A DNA stretch of 61,406 nucleotides, the filler included. It is 7 parts of 7 records of this genome, joined end to end, with 100 filler letters (N's around TTAATTAATTAA, not from the genome) between each part and the next. Parts side by side here need not be neighbours in the genome. Positions count along the whole stretch, not along the records: positions 48,278 to 53,664 come from SRR20825010_1989; positions 53,765 to 56,867 come from SRR20825010_1995; positions 56,968 to 61,406 come from SRR20825010_1999; 4 more parts are not named here. One strand, written 5' to 3'. Positions 48,468-58,482 of this stretch are shown in pieces. The notes beneath the pieces are model-generated. The model was not told where the DNA came from, searched no databases, and saw nothing but the letters and a program-made list of their open reading frames with translations. Both the position numbers and the translations under genes were made by a program. The stretch's first letter is position 1; each line of letters starts with the position of its first letter.

Positions 48468-49153
48468 TGGATTTTGGCAATATTTTCTACCAGATTTCCA
48501 TCTGGATTATCCCGGCGCTCGCGGCCATTACCCTGCATGAAGCGGCGCATGGCTTCGTTGCCTGGAAACTCGGCGATGACACGGCCAAGCGGCAGGGGCG
48601 GGTGACCTTCAATCCGTTCAAGCATATCGACCCGATGGGCACCATTATCATTCCGGGCATTTTGCTGCTGATCAAGGCGCCGTTCCTGTTCGGCTACGCG
48701 AAGCCGGTGCCGGTGAACTTCGGGCGCCTGAACAATCCGCGCCGCGATATGATCTGGGTGGCGCTGGCCGGGCCGGGCATGAATTTCCTGCTGGCCTTCC
48801 TCTTTGCGCTCGGCTTTCATCTTCTGCCGCTCTTCCCGGGAGAGGTGGCTGAATGGCTCGCACATAATTGCAAAAATGGCATTATTCTCAATGTGGTGCT
48901 GGGTGTTTTTAATCTGCTGCCGCTGCCGCCGCTGGATGGCGGGCGGGTCGCCGTCGGCATTCTGCCCGACAGTCTCGCCCTGCCGCTCGCCCGGTTGGAA
49001 CGCTATGGATTTTTCATCCTGATCGGGGTGATTTTCCTTCTTCCCATGATCACGCGCCAACTCGGCATGGAGGTTGATCTGCTGAACTGGCTGTTCACCG
49101 GACCGATCAGCTATGTGGTCAATCTGATTGCCAATCTGGCCGGTCTGGGATAG
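48467..49153 (+). CDS. site-2 protease (peptidase M50)
   Basis: HEAAH, GYAKPVPVN, ALAGP and FNLLPLPPLDGG motifs. Confidence 0.93.
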   Translation: MDFGNIFYQISIWIIPALAAITLHEAAHGFVAWKLGDDTAKRQGRVTFNPFKHIDPMGTIIIPGILLLIKAPFLFGYAKPVPVNFGRLNNPRRDMIWVALAGPGMNFLLAFLFALGFHLLPLFPGEVAEWLAHNCKNGIILNVVLGVFNLLPLPPLDGGRVAVGILPDSLALPLARLERYGFFILIGVIFLLPMITRQLGMEVDLLNWLFTGPISYVVNLIANLAGLG

Positions 49154-49202
49154 GCTTTTGCGATGCTGACAGGCACAGAAATCAGAGTAAAGGCGGCGCA
49201 CC

Positions 49203-49997
49203 GTGGATAAGGGCTCCTTCGACGAGGCGGGAGAGAAAAATCCCGATGTTATCCCGCTTCCCACGCATGCGCTGCTGGTCGATCTCGACGGCTATGAAGG
49301 GCCGCTGGACGTGCTCTTGGTGCTGGCGCGGGACCAGAAGGTCGATCTTCTTAAAATCTCCATTTTGCAGCTGGCGGAGCAGTATCTCGCCTTTATCGAG
49401 CAGGCCCGCGCGCTCCGCCTTGAGGTGGCGGCGGATTATCTGGTGATGGCGGCCTGGCTTGCCTATCTGAAGTCGCGCCTGTTGCTCCCGGCGGAGGAAG
49501 ACGATGGCCCGACCGGAGAGGAACTGGCGGACCGGCTGGCCTTTTTGCTGAAAAAGCTGGAGGCGATGCGCGACGCGGCGGAAAAGCTGACGAACGGCAC
49601 GGTCGTCGGGCGCGACCGGATGCAGCGCGGCAGGCCCGAGGCGATCCGGATTACCCGCCATTCGAAATATGATTGTACGTTACGGGAGTTGCTTCAGGCC
49701 TATGCCGCGCAGAAGGAACGCAAGGGCATCATCAATCCGCTCCGCCTGATGCGCGACGCTGTCTTCTCGGTGGAGGCGGCGCTCGACCGGCTTGAAAAGA
49801 TGCTCGGCACCCTGCCGGAATGGACGGATTTGATGGCGTATCTGCCGGAGAATATCTCCGATCCGTTCAGCCGCCGCTCGGCCCAGGCCTCGACCTTGCT
49901 GGCGAGCCTGCAGATGGCGAAAGAGGGGCAGCTTGAGCTGCGTCAGGGCGCGACATTCGGCCCCATTCAGGTGAAAAAGAGGAATAGCGAGAAATGA
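49203..49997 (+). CDS. scpA: segregation and condensation protein A
   Basis: YEGPLDVLL and AADYLVMAAWLAYLKSRLLLP motifs. Confidence 0.95.
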   Translation: MDKGSFDEAGEKNPDVIPLPTHALLVDLDGYEGPLDVLLVLARDQKVDLLKISILQLAEQYLAFIEQARALRLEVAADYLVMAAWLAYLKSRLLLPAEEDDGPTGEELADRLAFLLKKLEAMRDAAEKLTNGTVVGRDRMQRGRPEAIRITRHSKYDCTLRELLQAYAAQKERKGIINPLRLMRDAVFSVEAALDRLEKMLGTLPEWTDLMAYLPENISDPFSRRSAQASTLLASLQMAKEGQLELRQGATFGPIQVKKRNSEK

Positions 49998-50602
49998 GTC
50001 TCGATCCCGAGCATGTCAGAATGGCGGAGGCACTGCTGTTTGCCTCGAAAGAGCCGCTGGACGAGGCCGCGCTGGCAGAACGTCTGCCCGACGGCGCCGA
50101 TATTTCGGCCATCCTCGCGACCATTGAGGAGCAATACCGCCATAAGGGCGTTAATCTCACCCGCCTTGCCGGGAAATGGACCTTTCTGACGGCGCCGGAT
50201 CTTTCCTGGCTGCTCGAAGAGGAGCGGGAGACCACCCGCCGCCTCAGCCGCGCCGCGCTTGAGACCCTCGCGATTATTGCCTATCACCAACCGGCGACCC
50301 GCGCCGAGATTGAGGAAATTCGCGGGGTTGGCCTCAGCCGCGGCACCATGGATGTGTTGTTCGATGCGGGCTGGATACGCCCGCGTGGTCGCCGTCGGAC
50401 GCCGGGACGGCCGGTCACCTATGGTGTGACGGAAGACTTTCTCATTCATTTCGGCCTTGATGATATCAATGACCTCCCGGGCTTTGACGAGATGAAGGCG
50501 GCGGGTTTGCTCAGTACAGAGCCCACCGGCATTTTCAATGATCTTGCCCGCCCCGACGAAGAACTGGACGAAGTTGAGGACCCGGAGGAAGAGGAACTCT
50601 AG
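49994..50602 (+). CDS. scpB: segregation and condensation protein B
   Basis: EALLFAS, LSRAALETLAIIAYHQP.TRAEIEEIRGV, GRP..YG and FGL....DLP motifs. Confidence 0.96.
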   Translation: MSLDPEHVRMAEALLFASKEPLDEAALAERLPDGADISAILATIEEQYRHKGVNLTRLAGKWTFLTAPDLSWLLEEERETTRRLSRAALETLAIIAYHQPATRAEIEEIRGVGLSRGTMDVLFDAGWIRPRGRRRTPGRPVTYGVTEDFLIHFGLDDINDLPGFDEMKAAGLLSTEPTGIFNDLARPDEELDEVEDPEEEEL

Positions 50603-50669
50603 GCGGGGCCTCGTCGGCATCACGAATAACAAGAACAAGTCGGCACAAGGCGGCAGAAAAGGAGAGGGG

Positions 50670-51518
50670 ATGTCAAAAAGCAGGGGGTACGTCTTTATTC
50701 ACGGGGCCTGGCATAGCAGCGGAACATGGGCCGAGATCAAACCCCGGCTTGAACGGCAAGGGCATCTTGTGCGCGCCGTTGATCTGCCGGGGGCGGGCCC
50801 GAATGCGTCTGAGCCGGCCTCGCTGACCCGGCGACCTTTCGATAAGGACGCCTTTGCCACGGAACCTTCCCCAAATGCAGATGTTACGCAACGGGAACGA
50901 ACCGATGCCGTTATTGCGGCAATCCGCGAGATTAACAGCCAAACCGGCGGCAAGGCCATTCTCGTCGGGCATTCGCTTGGTGGCCTGACGGTGTCCCATG
51001 TGGCGGAAGAAATTCCGGAAGAGATTGGCGCGGTTGTCTATTTAACGGCGATGATGCTTCCGAGCGGCATGTCGGCATTGGAGGTATCCAAGCGCGATGC
51101 TCTGCCGGATGAGATGCTCCCGTCCCTGATATGCGCCAATCCGAATACCGTCGGCGCGATGCGGCTTAATACCAGAAGCGAGGATCCGGCATATCGCGCG
51201 CGGATGAAGGAATGCTTTTACGGGGATGTGGATCAGGAGACATTTGATAGGGTGGCCAAAGGGTTGCATTGCGACGAACCGGCAGAGGTGCGGATGGAGC
51301 CGTCACCGATGACGGCCGGGAACTTCGGGACCGTCCCAAGACATTATATCGAATGTACCGAGGATAATGCGATTCCCATTTATCGACAGCGGTTTATGAT
51401 CGCAGCCGTTGATGCCGCCTTGGGTTCGAAAACAACCGTCCATACTCTGCGCTGCAGCCATTCGCCCTTTGCCTCAATACCGGATGACCTTGGCGGGATT
51501 CTGCTGAACATTCGGTGA
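50670..51518 (+). CDS. alpha/beta hydrolase (methylesterase/SABP2-like)
   Basis: FIHGAWH, DLPG, GHSLGG nucleophile, YIECTEDNAIP and SHSPF. ATG 50670 after AAGGAGAGGGG. Confidence 0.88.
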   Translation: MSKSRGYVFIHGAWHSSGTWAEIKPRLERQGHLVRAVDLPGAGPNASEPASLTRRPFDKDAFATEPSPNADVTQRERTDAVIAAIREINSQTGGKAILVGHSLGGLTVSHVAEEIPEEIGAVVYLTAMMLPSGMSALEVSKRDALPDEMLPSLICANPNTVGAMRLNTRSEDPAYRARMKECFYGDVDQETFDRVAKGLHCDEPAEVRMEPSPMTAGNFGTVPRHYIECTEDNAIPIYRQRFMIAAVDAALGSKTTVHTLRCSHSPFASIPDDLGGILLNIR

Positions 51519-51589
51519 TCAGGCCCGTTTTGGGCTTGTTGCGGAAAACGCGGCGATTTGCCGCTCACATCCGCCTTTTCTTATCCCTT

Positions 51590-51608
51590 GCAAATGATTA
51601 TTATTTAC
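51590..51608. promoter_or_regulatory. Fur-like box upstream of the iron ABC permease
   Basis: GCAAATGATTATTATTTAC is a near-palindrome with 13/19 identity to GATAATGATAATCATTATC. Confidence 0.65.
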
Positions 51609-51666
51609 CGATTGCGCCGGGTGGCTTAGACAAGCCCCTGCGCGTGAACTGGAATGAGGGAAATCA

Positions 51667-53385
51667 TTGGCAGTCCTGGAGTTTGAAAATCAGCAACCGC
51701 TTGTGCGGCAGGGGCGGCGGCGCAAGGGCACGTCCCTTGCGACGGGCTTCGTGCTGGTGATGGCGTTGATCCTTTCGATCCCTGTGCTTGTTGTCCTCGG
51801 CTATGTGTTTGTGCCGGCGCAGGACATCTGGGCCCATCTCGCCAGCACGGTTCTGCCGACCTATCTCTATAACACGCTGGCGCTCGCGCTCGGCGTGGCG
51901 GCCGTGGTCCTTATCATCGGGGTGGGGACGGCCTGGCTGGTCACCATGTGTGAGTTTCCGGGGCGGAGGATTTTCTCCTGGGCGCTGTTCCTGCCGCTCG
52001 CCATGCCCGCCTATATCATTGCCTATACCTATACCGGCATGTTTGATTTTGCGGGGCCCCTCCAGACGGCTCTGCGGGAGATGTTCGGCTGGAGCCGGGC
52101 GGACTACTGGTTCCCGTCAATCCGGAGCCTGGGCGGGGCCATCGCCATGCTTGGCCTGGTGCTCTATCCATATGTCTATCTGGTGAGCCGCACGGCCTTT
52201 CTTGAGCAATCGATCTGCGCGCTGGAAGTGGGGCGGACGCTGGGACGCGGGCCGTGGCGCGGCTTCTTCTCGATCGCGCTCCCGCTTGCCCGCCCGGCCA
52301 TTGTCACCGGCCTTGCGCTGGCTCTGATGGAGACCTTGAGCGATTTCGGCACCGTTCAGTTCTTCGCGGTCGATACTTTCACCACCGGCATCTACCGGAC
52401 ATGGTTTGGCCTCGGGGAGCCTGCAGCGGCGGCGCAGCTCGCGGCGATCCTGATGCTCTTCGTCTTTACCCTGATCCTGATCGAGCGGTTCAATAGGGGA
52501 AAACGCAAATTCCACCACACCACGGGGCGGTATCAGAAGATCACCCGCTACCGCCTTGGCAAGGGACATCAGGGCCTCGCCCTGCTGGCCTGCGTGCTTC
52601 CGATTATGTTTGGCTTCCTGCTGCCGACCGGTTGGCTCTTGAAAGACAGCATTTCGCATTCAAGCAGCGCCTTTAACGCCCACTTTCCGCAGCTGGTGCT
52701 GAACAGCGTGACCGTCGCCCTGATCGCGGCGGGGCTGTCGCTGCTGCTGGCGCTCTTCCTCATCTATGGCCTGCGGCGGGATAGCGCTGCCCCCTCCCGC
52801 CTTGAGCAGGGGGCGCTCCGCGTCGCCTCAATGGGCTATGCGGTGCCGGGTCCGGTGCTTGCCGTCGGGATCATGCTCCCCTTCGGATTTGTTGATAATG
52901 CGGTCGATAGCTGGATGCGAACGGCTTTCGGTATTTCGACCGGCCTGATTTTAAGCGGCACCATGGTCGCGCTCTTGTTTGCCTATATCGTCCGGTTCCT
53001 GGCGATTTCCCTCAACACGGTCGAGGCCGGGGTGGACACGGTGACGCCGAATATGGACCGGGCGGCGCGAACCCTCGGCGTCACCGGGCTCAAAAAGCTC
53101 TTCCGGGTGCATATCCCGATTATCTCGGGCAGCCTGATGACGGCGGTCCTCTTGGTCTTTGTCGATGTGATGAAGGAACTGCCCGCGACCCTTGTGCTCC
53201 GGCCGTTTGGCTTTGACACCTTGGCGATCCGTGCCTATGAAATGGCGAGCGATGAGCGGCTCGCCGACGCGGCCGGCCCGTCGCTGGCCATCGTCATCGT
53301 CGGTATCCTGCCGGTTGTTATCCTCAGCCGGGCGATCGCCAAATCCCGCCCGGGACAGCATTCAGCTTCGAGAAGCGATTTTTGA
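51667..53385 (+). CDS. fbpB: Fe3+ ABC transporter permease
   Basis: Duplicated permease with [33 protein letters not shown] and [18 protein letters not shown]. Confidence 0.9.
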   Translation: MAVLEFENQQPLVRQGRRRKGTSLATGFVLVMALILSIPVLVVLGYVFVPAQDIWAHLASTVLPTYLYNTLALALGVAAVVLIIGVGTAWLVTMCEFPGRRIFSWALFLPLAMPAYIIAYTYTGMFDFAGPLQTALREMFGWSRADYWFPSIRSLGGAIAMLGLVLYPYVYLVSRTAFLEQSICALEVGRTLGRGPWRGFFSIALPLARPAIVTGLALALMETLSDFGTVQFFAVDTFTTGIYRTWFGLGEPAAAAQLAAILMLFVFTLILIERFNRGKRKFHHTTGRYQKITRYRLGKGHQGLALLACVLPIMFGFLLPTGWLLKDSISHSSSAFNAHFPQLVLNSVTVALIAAGLSLLLALFLIYGLRRDSAAPSRLEQGALRVASMGYAVPGPVLAVGIMLPFGFVDNAVDSWMRTAFGISTGLILSGTMVALLFAYIVRFLAISLNTVEAGVDTVTPNMDRAARTLGVTGLKKLFRVHIPIISGSLMTAVLLVFVDVMKELPATLVLRPFGFDTLAIRAYEMASDERLADAAGPSLAIVIVGILPVVILSRAIAKSRPGQHSASRSDF

Positions 53386-53664
53386 TGAGTAATCTTGTTT
53401 TCAGCAATGTCCGTCATCAGTATGACGGGGTAAATTCCGTCGATATCGAGTATCTGGAGGTGGGCACGGGCAAGCTGGTCTGCCTGCTCGGTCCGTCGGG
53501 CTGCGGTAAATCGACGACATTGCGCCTCGCGGCGGGTCTTGAAAGCCCGCTGGAAGGAGATATCAGCATCGGCGGCGAGGTAATGGCGAATGAGAAGATT
53601 TTCGTCGGGCCGGAGGATCGCCGTGTCGGGCTGATGTTTCAGGATTACGCCCTGTTTCCGCATT
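53385..53664 (+). CDS. fbpC: Fe3+ ABC transporter ATPase, truncated
   Basis: [14 protein letters not shown] and [18 protein letters not shown]. Confidence 0.85.
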
Positions 53665-53764
53665 NNNNNNNNNNNNNNNNNNNNNNNNNNNNNNNNNNNN
53701 NNNNNNNNTTAATTAATTAANNNNNNNNNNNNNNNNNNNNNNNNNNNNNNNNNNNNNNNNNNNN
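53665..53764. other. artificial contig spacer
   Basis: N-runs with TTAATTAATTAA at 53709-53720. Confidence 0.98.
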
Positions 53765-54020
53765 CGTCCATGTCGCCACGAATTCCGATCGTCTTGCCGT
53801 TGCCCTGTCCGATGGTGGCTGCAACACCGGTCTTGCCGAAGCCGGAGCGATGATCGACCCCCAGACGCGTCAGTTCCCGCATCACCAGTGCCGAGGTTTC
53901 GTATTCCTCAAAGCCGAGCTCCGGGTTGGCATGGAGCTGCCGGCGGATTTCGATCAGGCGCGGTGTGATCTCGGCTGTGATCTCTTCAATGCGCGCGCGC
54001 AGGTTTTGCTCTTCACTCAT
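53765..54020 (-). CDS. M20 family amidohydrolase, 5' part
   Basis: RRQLHANPELGFEEYETS, TGVAA and IRGDMD. Confidence 0.9.
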
Positions 54021-54103
54021 GGCTGGGCAGCAGTCCTCGATAAGTAAAAAATGGCCGGCGCAGCCTGTCAGGGCCACGCCGGCAGTTGTCGTCAGGGGAT
54101 CGG

Positions 54104-55054
54104 CTATTCCTTGCCGATTGCGACGATCTGCTTGTAGACGTCTTCGCCCCAGACACCCTTGCCCAGGTTGTCACGCACGGACTGCGTGGCTTCCATGAAA
54201 GGCGTCTTGTCGGGATGGGTGACCGTCACGCCGGCCGCTTCCATCTCGGCGATGTACTTCTTGGTCTGGTCCGGCATCAGCTCGTTGATTTTGGCGGTCG
54301 AGGCGTCATTGGCCTTCTGGAGAAGTGCCTGGTCTTCCTCCGAAAGTCCCTGCCAGAACTGATCGCTGATGACCACATAAGCGGGCTTGTTGATGTAATC
54401 GACCATCGCCACGCCCTTCTGCACCTCGAAGAACTTCTGTGCGTAGATCGTTTCGATCGGGTTTTCCTGCCCGTCCACGATGCCGGTCTGCAGGGCGGTA
54501 TAAACTTCTGCGAAGGCCATCGGGGTGGGGTTCGCGCCAAGAGCCCGCAGCGATTCCACATAGTAGTCGCGTTCCGGCGCGCGCAGTTTCAGGCCGCTCA
54601 GATCGTCCATGGAGTTGATGACCACATTGGCGCTGATCTGGCGCGGGCTGCGGGGCATGAAGCCGAGCATCCGCACCTGACGTTCGGCAGTTAGACGCTC
54701 GTTCCATTCCTTGCCGAAATCCGTATCGAGCACTTTCTTGTAGTTGTCGATACCGTTCATCAGATAGGGCAGGGCGAGGTATTCGATTTCCTTGAGACCG
54801 GGGTCTCCGCTTGCCAGCATCTGCGTCGAGCCAAGCGCCATCTGTGCATAAACCTCACGCGGAGTGCCGAGCTGGTCCCCGGGGAAGATCGTCACCGTGT
54901 GGTCGGAGTTTTCCTCCACCACACGCTTGAACTCCATGGCGCCTTCATACTGCGCTTCGCCCGGTTGGGCCCAGAGCGCATAGCGGATTTCGTCCGCCTC
55001 TGCGCTGGCTGTCGCCAGAAGAACGGCGCTGAGTGCGAGTGCTTTCATCTTCAT
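54104..55054 (-). CDS. dctP: TRAP transporter substrate-binding protein
   Basis: Signal peptide, FPGDQLG, DLSGLKLR and PMAFAEVYTALQTGIVDGQENP. The start ATG 55054 overlaps the upstream stop. Confidence 0.92.
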   Translation of the reverse strand: MKMKALALSAVLLATASAEADEIRYALWAQPGEAQYEGAMEFKRVVEENSDHTVTIFPGDQLGTPREVYAQMALGSTQMLASGDPGLKEIEYLALPYLMNGIDNYKKVLDTDFGKEWNERLTAERQVRMLGFMPRSPRQISANVVINSMDDLSGLKLRAPERDYYVESLRALGANPTPMAFAEVYTALQTGIVDGQENPIETIYAQKFFEVQKGVAMVDYINKPAYVVISDQFWQGLSEEDQALLQKANDASTAKINELMPDQTKKYIAEMEAAGVTVTHPDKTPFMEATQSVRDNLGKGVWGEDVYKQIVAIGKE

Positions 55055-55881
55055 GCTGCATACTCCCCTTTTGATTTCGCTTTTGTGGATGAAGAAACGG
55101 ACCGTATGTGCTCGACAAAGTCCGAGCAAAACGTCACCAGGTGATCGACGAAACGGGCGCCCTTGTCAGCCGAAGAGCGAGAGGCGTCACCGCCGGCAAT
55201 CCCGTTGGAGCAGTGATCGTCCACATTGACCGGCAGGCCGATCTCCGTGCCCTGAAAGCGCACCGCGGCAAGCCCGGCAGTGGGCAGGTCGATCATCTTT
55301 CCGAACTGGGCATCGATCTCCACGGCATCCATGCGGGTCAGATCCGGGAAAAGGTGCAGATAGACCGAGGTGATGGGGTCGCCGCCATGGGCAAACGCCT
55401 TCTTTCCGAACTCGCCATGCACCTCTTTCCAGAGGGAATCGGGAATCGAACGCCACAGGTTGATGCAGGGAACCAGAACGTCATGCTCTCGGCGGACCGC
55501 GCGCGTTACCTGATCGATCAGCGGCGCATTACCACTGTGGCCGTTGACGATCACAAGCTTCGTGAGCCCATGGTCGAGAAAATTGTCGAGCATGTCGCGT
55601 AGCGTGGCACGGAATGCATCGGCTGAAAGCGCGATGCCGCCCGGTACCGAGCGGAAATACTCCGCATATCCAAAGGGCATGGTGGGTGCCGCAATGGCTC
55701 CGCTTTTTTCCGCCACGCGACTGGCGATTTCACGCGTCAGCATGAAGTCGCCCATCGGCACCATCGGCCCCTGGATTTCCTGCGAGCCGAGCGGGATGAG
55801 GATCACCGGATCCTCGCCCATACGCTCCTGGAATTCCAGAAAGGTCATGTCCTCCAGGAGGTGCTTGTTCGCGGTACTCAT
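55051..55881 (-). CDS. creatininase (creatinine amidohydrolase) family protein, atypical active site
   Basis: IPLGSQEIQGP..P.GD, PFGY, FRSVPG.I, VNGHSGN and HGGDPITS. Confidence 0.85.
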   Translation of the reverse strand: MSTANKHLLEDMTFLEFQERMGEDPVILIPLGSQEIQGPMVPMGDFMLTREIASRVAEKSGAIAAPTMPFGYAEYFRSVPGGIALSADAFRATLRDMLDNFLDHGLTKLVIVNGHSGNAPLIDQVTRAVRREHDVLVPCINLWRSIPDSLWKEVHGEFGKKAFAHGGDPITSVYLHLFPDLTRMDAVEIDAQFGKMIDLPTAGLAAVRFQGTEIGLPVNVDDHCSNGIAGGDASRSSADKGARFVDHLVTFCSDFVEHIRSVSSSTKAKSKGEYAA

Positions 55882-55911
55882 TGATGTATGGACTCCAAAG
55901 TCATTGAACGC

Positions 55912-56867
55912 TCAGTTTCCGAACACGAGGTTGGGAATGAAAAGGCTGATCTGCGGGAACAGGACCAGCAGCACGACCGCGGTGAAAAGCGGGATGTAGA
56001 AGGGCAACATCGCCTTCACCATCTGGCCGTGGGAGATCTTCGCGGTGTCCTGTGCGATGAACATCAGCACACCCACGGGCGGCGTCGCGCCACCGATGAT
56101 AAGGCTGAAGACCATCAGCACGCCGAAATGCACCGGATCGATGCCGAACTGCAGGATCACCGGAACGAGGATCGGCGTCAGCACGATCTCGGCGGAGGAG
56201 GCGACCATGAGAAGCCCGACGCCGAGAAGCATGGCAACGATCACGAAAAGCGCGATCACCGGGTTCTCCGAGATGGTGGAGATGCCGTCGGCGATGGCCA
56301 GCGGCACCTGCTCGCGCACCATGATCCACGAGAAGGCCGAAGCCACGGCGATGATGGAGAGAATGCGTGCCGTTCCAAGCGCCGTGTTCTGAATGGCGCC
56401 CCAGATGTCGGCGGCCTTCACATTGCGGTAGAAGAGGCTGAGAAGCAGGCCGTAAAGCACGGCAACTGCCGCCGCCTCGGTGGGCGAGAATATGCCGAAC
56501 AGAATGCCCGCAACGATGATGACCGGGAAGAGTATGGCCGGTCCGCCGCCCTTGATGGCGGTTGCCAGCTCCGGCAACGTCGCCCGCTCATAACGGGGGA
56601 ATTCCCGTTTGCGCGCATAAAAATATGTGAACAGCATCTGCGTTCCGATGATCACGAAACCCGGCAGGATTCCGGCGAGAAGCAATCGCCCGATCGAGAC
56701 ATTGGCGAGAGTGCCGTAGATCACGAGTGCGACGCTGGGCGGGATCATCGGCCCGACCATGGAGGAGGCAACGGTCACCGCGGCGGAGAACGGCGCGGGA
56801 TAGCCTTCCTTCTTCATGGCCGGAATCAGCACGGAGCCGAGCGCTGTCGTGTCGGCGGTTGGAGAAC
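55912..56867 (-). CDS. dctM: TRAP transporter large permease, 3' part
   Basis: IPPS, SIGRLLLAGILPG, SPTEAAA, GIDPVHFG and TPPVG motifs. Confidence 0.93.
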
Positions 56868-56967
56868 NNNNNNNNNNNNNNNNNNNNNNNNNNNNNNNNN
56901 NNNNNNNNNNNTTAATTAATTAANNNNNNNNNNNNNNNNNNNNNNNNNNNNNNNNNNNNNNNNNNNN
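56868..56967. other. artificial contig spacer
   Basis: N-runs with TTAATTAATTAA at 56912-56923. Confidence 0.98.
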
Positions 56968-57804
56968 GGCGACGACGAGCGCGGCGAATTCCTCTACCGT
57001 TTCGTCTCGACCAATCCGTATGTGGCCGGCGGCGATACCGATGGCCTGCTCGACGACGGCACGCTCTATGTCGCCAAATTCAACGACGACCAGACCGGCG
57101 AATGGCTGGCGCTGACGCCGGAGACCACCGGCATGGAACCCGCCGACATGCTGATCTTCGCCCGCATGGCCGGATCGAAGGTCGGCGCCACGACCATGGA
57201 CCGTCCCGAATGGGTCGCCGTCAATCCCTACGCCGTCGAGGCCTATTGCTGTCTCACCAACAACAAGAACCGCGGCGTCAAGGCCAATGCCGGCGGCGAC
57301 GCCACGCCGGTCGGCGGGCCCAACCCGCGCGAGACCAATGACTACGGCCAGATCGTGCGCTGGTATCCCGATGACGACGACCACGCCTCCGACACCTTCC
57401 GCTGGGACCTGTTCGTCATGGCCGGCAATCCGGACGTCCACGCGGACGCCTATGCCGGTTCATCCAACATCAACAGCGGCAACCTGTTCAACTCGCCCGA
57501 CGGCATGGCCTTCGATACCAGCGGTCTCGTCTGGATCCAGACCGATGGCGAAGACAGCAATGAGGGCGACTTCGCCGGCATGGGCAACAACCAGCAGCTT
57601 GCCGGCGATCCGGTGACGGGTGAGATCGTCCGATTTCTGACCGGTCCGCGCGGCGGCGAGATCACCGGCCTGTGCTGGTCCGCGGACCGTCGCACGATGT
57701 TCGTCGGCGTCCAGCACCCGGGCGGCTCCTGGCCGGCCGAAGAAGGCCTGCCGCGCTCGTCGATCATGGCGATCAAGCGCGATGACGGCGGCCTCGTTGG
57801 CTGA
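56968..57804 (+). CDS. phoX: PhoX family alkaline phosphatase (DUF839), 3' part
   Basis: GDDERGEFLYRF, GTLYVAKF, GATTMDRPEW, TNN, FNSPDG, WIQTDG, EITG and VQHPG. Confidence 0.93.
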   Translation, partial: GDDERGEFLYRFVSTNPYVAGGDTDGLLDDGTLYVAKFNDDQTGEWLALTPETTGMEPADMLIFARMAGSKVGATTMDRPEWVAVNPYAVEAYCCLTNNKNRGVKANAGGDATPVGGPNPRETNDYGQIVRWYPDDDDHASDTFRWDLFVMAGNPDVHADAYAGSSNINSGNLFNSPDGMAFDTSGLVWIQTDGEDSNEGDFAGMGNNQQLAGDPVTGEIVRFLTGPRGGEITGLCWSADRRTMFVGVQHPGGSWPAEEGLPRSSIMAIKRDDGGLVG

Positions 57805-57826
57805 GAATACCGAGATCGTAACTTGG

Positions 57827-57857
57827 CAGGGCATGGCGCGCGAAGCGCCATGCCCTG
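57827..57857. terminator. 13-bp stem-loop between convergent phoX and Rrf2 genes
   Basis: CAGGGCATGGCGC-GCGAA-GCGCCATGCCCTG is a perfect inverted repeat. There is no clear U-tract. Confidence 0.6.
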
Positions 57858-57858
57858 A

Positions 57859-58347
57859 CTATCGATCAGCCCTGAAATGTTGGAAGGCTGTATTGGCGCT
57901 GGCCTCGCCCGCCTCGACCTGAAGCGCGGCAAACCGCCGCTCGAAATCCTGTGCCAGGTCCTCCACCGAGATTTCGGAGAACTGCTGCAACAGCATGCGT
58001 TCAGCCTCCTGCATTGCAAGGTCAAGCCGTGCATCGACGGCCTTCTCCACCAGACAGTCGGCGGGGTCGGCGCCGGGGCCGATGTTGAAGAGCGGCGGGC
58101 TACCGATCGCCTCGTAGACATCAAGCAGCGATATCGCGCGCAAGGGGCGCGCCAGCTGCCAGCCGCCGCCATGGCCCTTTTCCGAGATCAGGATCTCCTT
58201 TTTCCGCAGACCCGCCATCATCCGCCGCACCACGACAGGGTTCGTCGAAATCATCCCGGCGATCTGATCCGAAGTCGCGCGCTCGACGTGCCGGTCGAGA
58301 TGGATCAGCACGTGCAGCATACGGGACAGGCGGAGATCGCGCGGCAT
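57859..58347 (-). CDS. Rrf2 family transcriptional regulator
   Basis: TS..IA..ISTNPVVVRR, S.KGHGGGWQLAR..I.LLDVYEA, and a single Cys (DCLVE). Confidence 0.92.
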   Translation of the reverse strand: MPRDLRLSRMLHVLIHLDRHVERATSDQIAGMISTNPVVVRRMMAGLRKKEILISEKGHGGGWQLARPLRAISLLDVYEAIGSPPLFNIGPGADPADCLVEKAVDARLDLAMQEAERMLLQQFSEISVEDLAQDFERRFAALQVEAGEASANTAFQHFRADR

Positions 58348-58391
58348 GACAAGGGTTCCTTGTTTTCGGGTTAACTCTGTTTAGCAGCGTT

Positions 58392-58458
58392 CACGCAACA
58401 ATGAAAGTTTCGTGTCTTGCCCCGGTGTTGGATTTCATGTAACTTATAAAAATACATT
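58392..58458. promoter_or_regulatory. two related palindromic sites, putative Rrf2 operators
   Basis: CACGCAAC-N7-GTTTCGTG (58392-58414) and CATGTAAC-N7-AATACATT (58436-58458) lie in the AT-rich divergent promoter. Confidence 0.55.
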
Positions 58459-58482
58459 AAATCATAAACACAGGATCAGGCT

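Noticed and set aside
14067-56967. Recurrent TTAATTAATTAA flanked by N-runs as a biological repeat or CRISPR-like array
   Set aside because: Identical 100-nt artificial linkers that truncate genes. There are no spacers and no cas genes.
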